A stretch of DNA of 44,603 nucleotides from Trichoplax adhaerens (taxonomy: Eukaryota > Animalia > Placozoa), in NCBI RefSeq assembly GCF_000150275.1, contig NW_002060950.1, forward strand, positions 3,330,585 through 3,375,187, written 5' to 3'. Position numbers and translations under genes: made by a program. The notes under the pieces were generated by a model, which saw only the letters and a list, made by a program, of their open reading frames with translations, had not been told where the DNA came from and ran no database searches. Shown here in pieces: positions 1 through 11,845 of the stretch (within the stretch, counting starts at the first letter, position 1; every line of letters starts with the position of its first letter).

Positions 1-711
1 CATCTTATTTTCTATTTTCCTCACTAAATCTCCTAATGTGACTTCAAGTCATGTCATAAAATTCCAAAGTTTCAAATTCATAACAAAAAGTCCAAATCTC
101 AAAAATCAACTCTTACGATATTTTTCATGAACAAAAATCCAAAAATTAAAACAGAAAAATTATGATTCAGACATAATATTAAAAATAAACCCGACCGGTT
201 CCAAAACAGGAAAATTATATCGGACACAAATCCGGAAAAATTCGGTTTTTATAAAGATCACAGTAATCGCTTATCAAAAAAATTTATATGACTATTACGA
301 CTACTTTTCTGACATTAGTATCGCTTAGTATTCGCGAGTATTGACAGTTGATGTTTTAGCGTCAGATTGTACTGTAACTGTACGATTATAGACTACATTA
401 CAGTACTTTATCGTCATGTTATAAATCCCCTTTCTCTAAGGATAGGGTTTTGCTACTAAGTCAAATTCCTTTACAATTTGAATAGACGATCAAACGCCCT
501 TTATTTAGATTAGGCATTTGCTCTATAGGGCTACTTCTATAGTAATCTATATAATACCTTGTAAAATAATGAAGAAGAAAAGATGGCGACATGATGATTT
601 GGCAGGGTAAAACTTAAAGACACTATCACTTCTAGGTATTTTCTATAGTAAAACAATACTAATTACATACTAAAAACTGCAAAGGACTCTACTTTTAGTC
701 CTTTTACTACA
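1..711 (-). mobile_element. LTR retroelement fragment, family A copy 1 (LTR ~318-711, PBS-like motif 301-317, internal region continuing beyond the window start)
   Basis: About 430 bp align with 2810-3236 and 28965-29395, and 1-45 aligns with ~28870-28915. On the minus strand it begins TGTAGTAAA at 711. The motif TAATGTCAGAAAAGTAG (reverse complement of 301-317) follows the LTR in all three copies. It abuts GPCR coding sequence exactly at 711/712. Confidence 0.65.
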
Positions 712-972
712 ATGTCATTGGCGGTAACTACAATTACGAGAAAATACGCAAGTATAGCAATAAATTTTTCTACTCCTTTTCAGCGATATCTTACTCAAGC
801 AAGCAGAGTTCTCTTGCCTTTTACAACTTAATATCATCCATTAGTATACAGTATTTTTAACAAGCAAATCAGGAAATTATTTTTTTGTTTCTGCGATGTG
901 TTTAAAAAAACTAATCATAATATCAACATCGTCGAACCAATATCGCAAAGTAAAGGAAATGCAACGAAGTAG
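712..972 (+). pseudogene. 3' fragment of a class A GPCR paralog (end of TM6, TM7, C-tail), interrupted by a family A element
   Basis: The 87 codons (MSLAVTTITRKYASIAINFSTPFQRYLTQASRVLLPFTT*YHPLVYSIFNKQIRKLFFCFC...SKGNATK*) are colinear with 8652-8912. There is an in-frame TAA at 829-831. The 3' flank 973-1140 also resembles 8913-9070. Confidence 0.9.
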
Positions 973-1699
973 TTGTATCAGACGATATCTATCAGATATT
1001 TGACGATAGTAAAATCACAGCAGATATTTGTCATGCTGGATAAAGCGTTACAATCTTAATTTCTTCATTATAAGAAAGGGATTCTCCTTCCAATATAATA
1101 TTCTTTACAAACTCTTATCATTAACATTAGACAAAAAGATGTCAAAAGTGCAATAATTAAACAATAAGTAAATACTGGCATAACTATAAGCAAGTGGTAT
1201 CTTCCTTGCTTTAATAATTATCGAGTAGAAGTTTCATATATTATGAATCGCATTGCCATTTAAGGAAGCACGCACATGGTATAACCACAATCGCAAAAAT
1301 TTACAGTTAAATATTTTTCCTTCAATATTGAGCCAATTCCTTTCTATTTAAAGAACTCTACCTTTAGCTAACAGTTCTCTGAATTTCTTTAAAGTAAAGA
1401 AAAGCCTTATCTGAAATAATTTATGGCATCAAACCTGAATTACTGAATCTCATTTTTATTTAAAATTAAAAACATTTCAACTATTCTATAGATTAGTTAC
1501 TCTTATGTTCTATAAAGACATTATGATTCGTAACTAGTTGAGATAAAGAAGTGCCACGCTGTAAACTACCGTAAAGATTGAAATGGCTAAATTTAGCTCA
1601 TTGAATAATTGTATATGGTAATTACAATTAATTATTATAGTAGGAATCACTAAAGTTATCAATATGCTGGAATAAATTATATGTTACACTGCAACAGTA

Positions 1700-3236
1700 A
1701 CTCTTATATGGTCTTTGATTATAATCAACTCTCTAGCGATTGCAATTTTGATTAGTAGTAGATTGCTGGTGTACTTAATGATTCTGTGAATGGATAAACT
1801 GTAGTCTAGTCATATAGGACTAGTTAATAGATGTCCATTGCTATAATTATTTCTGTATTAATTTGGCTATCAAGTAAGACTTTACTGATAGAATCTAGGG
1901 TGATTTATTAACATCAGCTGCTACTGAACGGTATATAAGCCGGGTATTTACTTTAATAAAATCAGTTCTCTATTTGTATAATGTAGAAGAAAGGCGTTCA
2001 ACTTCTTGTGAGTAGTTAAGGGATATGGTACTGAATCCCAGAGACTTCAAAAATTTGGAGATTTGTCTTTACTTAAACCTTGCCACAAAGTTGGCTTGGA
2101 ACGGTAAGTCATATTTATCCAAGAATCGGTTACATGATTGCCTGTCATTAAAATTACACAAGGGGAACGCAGAAAAATTGCTAGTACTTTCATTATTCAA
2201 AATGCTCTGGCTTACATAGATTTTTAATATTTCGATAATAGTAGACCGCGAGCAGAGTATAATTTTAGTAAATAATCCAATACTAGATGCAAACGTATCC
2301 AAAATGTTTCATTCAATACCACTTGGAAATCCAGTCTAGTTCAGTAAATTACCGTACTCCTATGGAGAAAGTCTAGATTACTTCTACGGAAATCTTAACA
2401 AGAATTCTATAAGATTTCAACTTGAACTGCATCTAAAAATAGTAAAATTATGTATATCCTACCATGATCGTTTACGGTTCACTTAGTGAACATTGGCTTT
2501 TTCCAAGATACCGTAGAACTTAATGTTTGCCTGTTACACGTCTAACCGGTTTAAATTTAGGATTGCCGTAATAAGATAACTACGATTTACTTCTACATTT
2601 TCAGCATATTTTAACGTAAATAGTTTACTAGAACCAATCTTGATCTTTCCTGCAATCCTTTGCCTGAAATGAAACTACAGGCTCGCGATCATATATTAAA
2701 TTACGTCTACGCGTAAACGCCAAATTAATGCATACGGAGGTCAAACCCGACCCAGACGGCAGTCTCGACAAGGAGACTGAATCCGAAGAATTCGAAATTT
2801 TAGTAAATCATATATTCGCTTATCAAAAATTCTATATGACAACTATGACTACTTTTCTGACATAAGTATTAACAGTTGATGTTTTAGCATGAAGTTGTAC
2901 TCTACTTGCGATTATAACCTACATTACAGTACTTTATTGTCATGTTATAAATCCCCTTTTTCTGTGGATAGGGCTTTGTTACTAAGTCAAATTCATTGAC
3001 AATCCTGATAGACTATCAAACTCCCTTTCTTTAGATTAGGTGATTGCTCTTAGGTAATTTCTATAGTAATCTATACAATACCTTATAAAATAGTGGAGAG
3101 GAAAAGACGGCAACATCTTAATTTGGCAGGGTAAAATTTAAAGATACTATCACTTTGTTTGTACTTTCTATAGTAAAAGTAATAATAGCCACAATTCAAA
3201 AGCTATTAAGGACTCTGCTTGTTATTCTTTATTACC
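1700..3236 (-). mobile_element. LTR retroelement fragment, family A copy 2 (LTR ~2866-3236, PBS-like motif 2849-2865, decayed gag-like frame ~2302 down to ~1700)
   Basis: The LTR portion aligns with the other two family A copies. The minus-strand frame reads ...PLCNFNDRQSCNRFLDKYDLPFQANFVARFK*RQISKFLKSLGFSTISL... with few stops, resembling the N-terminus of Gypsy (Mag-like) Gag (F.AN ... FL..(I/L)G..T..L). The left boundary is approximate. Confidence 0.55.
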
Positions 3237-4085
3237 CTTATTTTCATGCAACGTAACTTTTATTTAATATCCGACTTGCCTTATATTTTTAATCTTACAG
3301 TGGACAGATACGAAAACAAAAAGAGTGATTCCTTACTAGGCTTCAAAAAATATTAAGCATAACACCAAATGAAATTGATACAACTGAAATACACAATGTA
3401 CCCACAAATGGTCCAATATGTAACGAGTACCCAAAACGAGAAAGATTATTTGTAAACAGTTTACGAAACGTCAGTTTTATCTAGAAAAGGTATCAAAGAT
3501 ACTTGATTCGGCATCTAATACCTAAGTAGCAGGCTATTTTACGGTTTCCAGTAGATTTGTACTGTAACTATTTAATTTTTTATTTTTTCTTCTATTTTAT
3601 AAATTTTAAAATAATATTTACGGGACGGTTAGTAATACACATTCTGCTATCTTAAATTATTTTATGTCGACACTATACATACCCAACTTTGAAAGAAACT
3701 TTACTTAAAGTTAAACAACCGTATTCTTTTATGATGTCTTCTATTTCTCTGTGGGTACTAAATTCGCGATGAGCTGTATATGGAGCTAAAATCAATTAGC
3801 AGTTATGTTATGATACCATTCTAGTTCACGTTAGAATAGTTTAATGACTGTAAATGATGCCGTAAAGTCTATAGTTCTAATTCTAAATATGATATTGAAT
3901 GCCCTGCCAAGGGTTGCTATTAAAGATAGACTCTTGTATTTGCATTACATTCATTATCAGTTTTCATTGCATATTGGAAGTAAGAAAATGGATAAATCTT
4001 AGTTCACAAAAGTTCAGTTAATCAAAAATTTTACTTAAATAATTCAGTACAACCAAAAACTTAGAAATTTTTAATAGTATGACTC

Positions 4086-4475
4086 TGTAGGGAAGGGCAT
4101 AGCTAGAGATATATTCTCGAATAAAAACAGATTCTGAAAATGTATTAGTATGATGTAGTGAATAAATGATGTTCGTTACTCAATGGATGCACATTCGTAG
4201 GAAGTAAATTTACACCTTAAAATCTTTTGGATTAATCTGAGAAAGAGCCAATACTAATGTCTTACATTAATGCTTACGTAGGATTAATTCATTAAATAAG
4301 AAAAGCTAAGTAAGATAAATTAAACAGAGATTCTCATAGTAAATAGAGTGAATAATTAAATTGTGAATATTCTTGATTTAATAGTTTATCATCTGTAGTT
4401 ATTCATTGTTTAAGATAAATTATTACATTTTTTGCCTTGCAAAACCTTGATACGATAATACAAGGAAGCCTTACA
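4086..4475 (+). mobile_element. Candidate old solo LTR (390 bp)
   Basis: Ends TGTAGGG...CCTTACA form an imperfect terminal inverted repeat. Flanks ACTC/ACTA match 3 of 4. No second copy in the window. Confidence 0.25.
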
Positions 4476-5436
4476 ACTAATTAATACTATTGTAATTATT
4501 AACTGCGCTATAGAACCTGCTGCTATTCTAATTAATGAAATTTTTAATCCGATAATCCTTACTCTTGCCAGAATTTATAATAGACTAAGATGCTAACCGC
4601 TAATTACGTTAGCTAGCTAAGGAACTTTACGTAGTAGAACTACTGGAAGGAAACTTAACTCTGAATAATTTAAGTACCTATCGCATTGTTTATAAAAAGC
4701 GAATGTACCAACAGGTACTATAGATATGTTTCAATAATACAAATAATCAACTCCGCTTCAAATATGCTTGGTATCTTTATCTCTCCATATACTATCACAA
4801 GCAATCAAATAAAATAAACTCTCATTTCATGTTAAGTAATTTTATTCTCATAATAAACTAATTATTCTATGTACGTATATATATATATTTTATATATTTC
4901 ACAAAATGCCTAACTTCGTAAATTATCGGTAACTTTTATACATCTCACCTAAGAAACTGATTTTAAACATACTGCTATATCGGCTAAAAACAGCAACTTC
5001 TCTAATATTTATAACAACTTTCTACGTTTACATTTGACAGAATATTAATTACAATTCATAATATAAGTACATACATTAGAAAAGAGAGAAAAATCGTTTT
5101 TCTTTGATGATAGAGTATCGTTACTTGACAAATCTTTATCGATTACTATGTGACGCTACGCAATTTGAATTGCACAAACCCCGGCTTAGTCTCTCTAATT
5201 TCGTAAACAAATATGCGATATTGTTTATACAACTGAGTCAGTCTAGATTAAATATCAACTAATAATGTTGATTTTCGTTCCATTACCAAATTTGCTTTTA
5301 AAAAAAATCAATCTATAATTAGAACACACTTTTTATGATAACGTTGAAGTATAAATTCTGTAGAGAAATTGCTTGTTCAAAATTTCATTAAATCAAAAAG
5401 ATTTACCAACCCTATCAAATATATCACTTTCCGGTA

Positions 5437-5951
5437 TGCTATGGTACTACCACACCATTTAAATAGACTAAAAGTAGTAGCTTATTTGGCAAAGTCCTTA
5501 ATAATGATGTTAGACATGATTATAAATATCCTAACATAATTATTATTCAAGGTCAGCTATTATTTGTAGGGCAACGACTACTATATTGCGTAGAAGTCGT
5601 AAGACGATTAAATTCAGTTCATATTAGTTGAATTTAGACAATTATATCGCTCTCATTAAAGATTAAGTACGAGTAGCAAGCTAAAATTCTTTGTTAAAAG
5701 AGCTATAATGCTAAAAAAATTGTAATTGAGGTAACAGATGCTTGTAAGGTATAGCAAATAAAATAGATTTGTTCGTAAGATTTTTCCTATATAAACGGTA
5801 CACTTCGAATAACAGGCTGTGCTAATAAAAGATCCGTCTTTACTATACTTAATTACGGGGTATTACCGGAGATAAATAGGGATTTTAGGTCAGTAGCTTA
5901 ATTACTGACTTTTATCTTACCTTTTCTCTTCGTATAGATTAACTTGTGACA
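5437..5951 (+). mobile_element. Solo LTR, family D (diverged)
   Basis: Aligns with 18729-19284 at both ends. TG...TGTGACA termini, TATATAAA at 5788-5795, AATAAA at 5824-5829. Flanks CGGTA/AAGTA are a degenerate TSD. Confidence 0.7.
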
Positions 5952-6000
5952 AAGTAATAATTAGTACATATTTCCTCTATCAATGAAAGCCTATAGGCCC

Positions 6001-6549
6001 TGTAAAGTAACTTAGTATTTTGATTGTAGACTATTAGCCACGTTTAGTATGATGTGTGGTAATGTCTTTTCTATATTTATCTTACGATGTATTTAGTAAC
6101 CCATAATTATAGACTGTAAGAATAGAATTTATACTAAAGTACAGATGATCATATGCAGTAAGATTTCGTACTACTAATAAAGTTAGAGGTAGAAATAGAA
6201 TTGTAAATCATATATTACGAAATGCTTAGTTTACTGTACTTTGAATGGTAGGAATAATGTCTACGAAAATACTATAATCGTTTCCATATTGAATTAATGA
6301 TGGTTCACTGTGAAATATTGTGACCAATATGTGTAAAATATGGTAGAATGCTGCTATGCTGGTTGTAGCTGCTGAGGATACGGAGAATATAAAAGCAGGC
6401 GACATTAGATTGTCTGATTCTTCTCCTAGAAGTCTTTTAGCATTTGTATTCAGCTAGAGTAGGACTGTATGAAGCTAGTCTTTGTATTAGATCTGATAAA
6501 GTTTTAATTATCTACAACTTTGGGATTTTCAAGATCGGATTTTATAACA
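6001..6549 (+). mobile_element. Solo LTR, family B (older, diverged copy)
   Basis: Colinear with 12868-13419 over its full length. Termini TGTAAAG...TATAACA, with a 4-bp direct repeat GCCC at 5997-6000 and 6550-6553. The TATAAAA box is retained. Confidence 0.85.
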
Positions 6550-6570
6550 GCCCACTACTCACTAGACGAT

Positions 6571-6987
6571 TGTAGTGCAGCCCAAATATAGCTTAAGATT
6601 ATATACAGTATGTGTGAATATCGTGCATGACGTAATTACTAGGCTAATTAAGATAGATACCTTTGTATAGGTGCTAGATCGTAGAGTGAGATTAAATATG
6701 TGAGGATTTGTATTAGTAATTGCAATACGGATTGTAAAAGTTATTAGTCATACTGCTTGGCACCTCCAGGTACGCTAGAGGTGTGATGTTAGCCTTATTA
6801 AGGTAGATAATGATTTATGTGTCACGAAGATACTCTGTACACAATTGTATATAAGCAGGAGATTTTATCGCCGAAGACAGAGTAGCCATAGATAATCTAG
6901 TCCTTGGTAGAAGACGTAATTATTGTAATAAAGTGATTTTCCTTCCAGTTGTGGAAGTCGTTGCGTTTCGATAGACACTTTATTACA
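6571..6987 (+). mobile_element. Solo LTR, family E (417 bp)
   Basis: Termini TGTAGTG...TATTACA. Perfect 5-bp TSD ACGAT at 6566-6570 and 6988-6992. TATATAA at 6848-6854, then AATAAA at 6927-6932. Confidence 0.8.
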
Positions 6988-7874
6988 ACGATTTATTTAC
7001 TAAAAGGCAAAAGCATTCAACTCACAATCAAATTCTCATTTCGATTATTTTAGTCGCATCCGGACAGATGTATAAAACGTCAACTAACTTCCTGTATCAT
7101 ATCCTATTTAGTATTTTATCCATGATATGATAATAGAAAAGGAATCGTCTATTCGTAAATTATAGTTTAATTATGTACTGCATTTTAATTATTAACAATG
7201 ACATAATATCGACAGCGAAACAAACGAAGATATTTTTACGTTTTAAGAAACAAAATGATGAACGAAACGAAACTTTTTATTTCAAAACACAATTAAGTTG
7301 TAAGTATACATTTGTGTTTTTTTGCCAAACAACAAAAAATTGTCAATTAAAATAAGCTATCACCCATTATAAAATCCTCGCAACCGCTTTATAAGTATAA
7401 TTAAGCAATTTTAAATTTATTAATCGATAGGTTATTTATCGTAATTGTGTTATCTAGAATTGTAGTATTTATCTCACAGCTGCTATTTCAATAGCTTCTA
7501 CTATTGGAATATAATTCGGGTAGTCGCGTCTTAAAATTATCACTCTGATTTACAAATACCTATAATCAGTTGACTAAATGTAAGATACTCTTCATAAAAG
7601 ATCGAATTTATCATTTTCGGTACGTTAAAATTCCGTATCATATTTAAAATTTTAGGAACCCTATCTGGGGTTTCAATTATATGCATATCACCCTATAAGA
7701 AAAGATTCCACCAAAAACTTCAACTTTTTTTCTGCTAATTAGACTGGATAATAACTGCTGCAAATATTTTCAAGTTTTTTTTGCATCAAAATCTCTCAAG
7801 TGGATATTGGAGTCAGACTTATTTCTTCGTACAGCAAAAATATCAAACTCGAAACCAACTCATTTTCCTTTATT

Positions 7875-8912
7875 ATTAACTGCACTACGAGTGCAAATAA
7901 TAATTGCAAAAATTTAATGAATTCTAGCAATGGTTTCTTCGCAACTGTAACCAATTTAAGAATGATACCGGTATTGAGTGGTGTAACTGCATCAACATTG
8001 GGTATTTTTTTTAACGTTATTATTATCCATGGAATACATCGTAAGAAATTATTTAATAAACCGACATTTTTCTTCATCGCTAACTTATCTGTTTGTGATA
8101 TCCTTCTTAGCTTATCTATACAGATAAATATTACAATACTCATTTTAACCATGACTGAAAAATTACCCTCAATAATACATATCATGTTATGTAAAATAGC
8201 TACTTGCTTTGTCTATTGGTCTTATGCAGCCTCCATGCAAACTTTGCTTATCATTAGCAGCGAAAGTTATCGTGCTATATTCCATCCTTCCAGAGCCTTA
8301 AATGCCAATAAGGCTAAATTATTGTGTCTATTGGCCTGGATTATAACATTTACTATTTCACTTCCATTCCTTATAACAGCCACTACTGATGACTCTAAGC
8401 CTAAGCTGTGTATTCCATATGTATCTCATACCGTTTGGACAACTATAATCAATACTTTATTATTTATTTTCCTATATGCAATACCCGCTAGTGCGATGAT
8501 CGTCCTTTATACGCTGATATTACATCAACTAGGAAAGAGACATTATGGGCTTAGAATAGAATCTAGAATAAGTAAATACTTTAAGCGTAAAACTATCTAT
8601 ATGTTATTAACAACTACAATAATGTTCTTAATATTTACTGCACCATGAGCAATATTATTGATCGTGATTGCAGCTACAGGAGAACATGTATCTCCTGCGG
8701 TAAGTCGTTCTACCCCTTTTCAACGATATCTTACCCAGGTAAACAGAATCCTCTTCCCTTTTACAACTTTATATAATCCATTGATATACTGTATTTTTAA
8801 CAAGAAAATCAGAGGACTGTTTCTCTGCTGTTGTCACATGTTTCGAAATGTTACTTATTCTGTCAATACTGTCAAACAAAAACCAAAAAGTAAAGGAAAT
8901 ACAACAAAGTAA
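7875..8912 (+). pseudogene. Class A (rhodopsin-like) GPCR, probable pseudogene with a single nonsense codon
   Basis: ORFs 7800-8648 and 8658-8912 share one frame and are separated only by TGA at 8646-8648, where paralogs have Trp (APW/IPW). The codon aligning with the paralog start Met is ATT (7875); the next ATG is at 7917. ERY has become ESY. NLSVCD (TM2) and NPLIY (TM7) are retained. Confidence 0.88.
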
Positions 8913-9099
8913 CTATATCAGACGGCATTTGGCAGATATTCAAAGATCATACAATTGGCGTAGCCACACGTCATATTAAATAGAGCGCCACTATTACGGT
9001 TATAATTTATTCTTTGCAGGAAACTGATTTATAGCATTCTTCACAATCATTTTCCATTCAATAGACAAGATGAATTAAGCAGAGGAACAATTACTAAAT

Positions 9100-9530
9100 T
9101 TTGATGTACCAATAAACAGATCTCGTTCAAGTTATAATGATATCAAGAATTAGAATTGGTACCGTACTGCACCCAGAGTCATTCATAATCAATAAGCAAT
9201 AATACTTAAGGATTTCTCAAGCTTTTTTCGTTACCGCCTATTTGTTCACCTGAACTTCACTTTATTCTTCCATTAATTTATAAACTACCTCCACTTTCGC
9301 TAAGAACTACTAACATGTCTTTAATCCCTAGTGGTATAACACAAAATTATTGATAATACATTTACTGATACTGTAATGTACGATAAGCCATTCCTGCGGC
9401 AAGGTAGAACAGTGAGTTCAGCATTTTTGTAATTGCGATGCAGCAACACAATATGTATGAATCATAACAATTAGTTTTATCCTCTTCGCTATCTAGATGC
9501 ATCAAGGCTATAACTTTCCCATATAACGTA
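9100..9530 (-). mobile_element. Decayed PIF/Harbinger-type DDE transposase fragment
   Basis: The minus strand gives LNSLFYLAAGMAYRTLQYQ* (core motif 9365-9412), matching the Harbinger/HARBI1-like motif L..TLRYLATG.SYRSLQYQF. It is followed in order by EE*SEV and NP*VLLLIDYE*LWVQYGTNSNS*YHYN, comparable to FPNCIGAIDGKH..IQ.P.NSGS.YYNY. Many stops and frameshifts. Confidence 0.55.
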
Positions 9531-10221
9531 TAATTATTGCATCCTCTATAGCTATGAAGAGGAAATTTTGATTTCAGCCAGCCTGGCAGAACTGAAATTT
9601 CTAATTTTATGAATTTGCGTTACAGTTTGGGAAGACTAGAACATTGCACAACTACATTCAAAATAAACATTCAACTTAATTGTTTCACCTTCAACCTTAA
9701 ATTACAGTATCTTTTCCAATTATCTAAATATCTCCTTCAAGTAAAGTCTCGTCATAAATACTGCCCGAACCCGAATTAGCTAATAGATTGGGCATGATTC
9801 TATTATATTACGTTATATAAAGCCCTATAATTCGTAGCAAATTGTGATAGATAAGTCATTTTTATCAGCAAATGTTTAATCAAGTAATCGCTTTATAACA
9901 TCAAAATCATGTAAATATATAATCAGACTTCTTTCATGAGTACAATTTAATTTTCATGTAAAAATTAAATGTGTAAGGGTAACATGTTGATTCTTTGCTC
10001 TCTGCTATGCCATTAACTTCGATATGAACTATTGTTGTAAAGATCGCCACTTGTTTCATAATGCATTCTAGCTTTAATTTTGAATGTTAATTAATGTAAA
10101 GTACTAATCGTTACTACCGTATCAATCTATGCGATAAAATTACTCCTCAATATTTCTTGTTACATTCGATGCGATACAATAATTACAGAAGCTAAATAAA
10201 ACCTTATGCTGGGGTAACTTT

Positions 10222-10757
10222 TGTATAGCTATCGCAACATACTTTTCATTAGATAACTTATTTAGAAATTTATTTACATTAATTTATCTTTGATTTTATA
10301 CAGACTTTTAATAAATAGTTGTATAGTTAATATTATCAATAATACACTAATAATTAATATTTATGTTGATTTACTATAAATTGACTGTATTTTTCAATAA
10401 AGTTGGGTTCAGTTACGTCTAAGAGAGACCAGTGTTGTTTTACTGTTCCTCCTGACGATAGGACATCATCAGAATTTAAAGGTGTACTGTAGGTTAATCT
10501 CAGGGAGAACAAACCTGACAGTAGACTCAAAGTGTATAGTTTCTATAATAGCTTCATTATTTAGACGTCGGTTCATTACAGTATAGAAACCGAATTTAAT
10601 AGATGCTTATATAAGGATGCGTATTTTGGTAAGTTAGAGGAGAACCAAGTGGCAGAGAATACGTGTAAGATTAGACTCGCTGTACTTATATGAGATCTTT
10701 CACAGTAGTTGGTTTGTATAACTAAATGAAGCCATCTAATTATAAGTATATTATAGA
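10222..10757 (+). mobile_element. Solo LTR, family F (536 bp)
   Basis: Starts TGTATAG and ends TTATAGA (mutated CA). 5-bp direct repeat ACTTT at 10217-10221 and 10758-10762. TATATAA at 10608-10614. The first ~370 bp align with 32377-32725 (shared ctataaattgac, gagagac, caaacctgacagtag). Confidence 0.7.
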
Positions 10758-11619
10758 ACTTTAATCAGGATATCTCGAGCTATCAGCATGCACCATAGTC
10801 AGATCTTCATATCTAGGTAATTACCGACCCACGCAGTCTCTCAGTGCATCAAATTGCAATACAGATATTAGAATAAAAACAGTTATTCTTGACTAATTAT
10901 TTACTCAAATGTGAAAGAATACTTGTAAAAATTTTATGAAATATCAATTCATCTAAAAATGATATTTAAGAAACCGTACATGATTTGGCATGTAAAACTC
11001 AATTAGCTTGCTATTCTATATATTTTATAAAGTTCGAACTATAATTATTCATATTATAAATAACTGTTTTATGCAACGAAACAAAAATCCGAGCGGTCTA
11101 TCTTGTATTCTTTCCAGTAATTAACCGTAAGATTATTTGAGAAAGCATTTCTTCCATTTTTTAAATTTTGAAATAACACTTGCATAATAATTAGTAGCTG
11201 TTTACGTAAGTTACAAATCTCCTTTGTAACTAAAACGGGTCTTAAACACTCTCTTCACTAGTACTCGTGTTCCCAACTAACTTAGGGACCTATCGTAGTT
11301 GAACTAACTCTCAGCTAGACAAATATACTACTAATGAGCAATAGGTTTAAATACTTCACTTTATCCACATTAATCTTAGTCGTAAGATGTACTAAAGAAA
11401 AACGTAAGAATATTCTTAGCAATAATAGTCAAGTAATCCTGCAAATGACTAAATAATCTGAGCAGCTAAGCTAGTGCTCTGCTTTTTATAGTCTCGGCCA
11501 ACGCCGATGGTGTACTTGTGAAAATTCTTGACATAGAGACTTACACTGCACAGTATACATATCCTAGTATATCAGCATTCATTGTATGTAATAGATAACG
11601 ATTAAACTATGGTTGATTA

Positions 11620-11845
11620 TAAGTAAGATAGTTTCTAAATAAAGGAGAACAATTCGAGAATTTGAGAATCATAAAAGTTCTAATGAAAGGATCAGTTCTA
11701 CGGTTCTTAATTTCTTGTGCATTACGTTCCATAAAAGCATTGCTAAGTTATTAACTTATCGGTAGGATAGATATCGAGGTTGCTTTAACTTAAAAGACTT
11801 TTACATTGCCATATCGCGCCTTGATGCAAAGCTAATTTCCTCCCG
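11620..11845 (+). repeat. Highly diverged remnant of the 3' half of a family D LTR
   Basis: The motifs tttctaaataaaggagaacaattcg, gttctaatgaaagg, agacttttaca and ccttgatgcaaagctaattt occur in the same order as in 19090-19284. Confidence 0.4.

Noticed and set aside
2025-2490. Plus-strand ORF 2025-2219 with a nearly open continuation, and TGGTACTGAATCCCAGAG (2026-2043) resembling a tRNA-Phe PBS
   Set aside because: The PBS match is only 12 of 18 and has no CA-ended LTR before it. The region is better explained as the antisense of the family A gag-like frame.
7796-8185. Minus-strand ORFs overlapping GPCR genes (also 15812-16048, 25737-25937, 33946-34212)
   Set aside because: They are antisense shadows of hydrophobic coding sequence with no independent motifs.
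8646-8648. TGA read as Trp (alternative genetic code) or as selenocysteine
   Set aside because: The same gene and its paralogs use TGG for Trp, the site aligns to Trp and not Cys, and neighbouring copies show ordinary nonsense decay.
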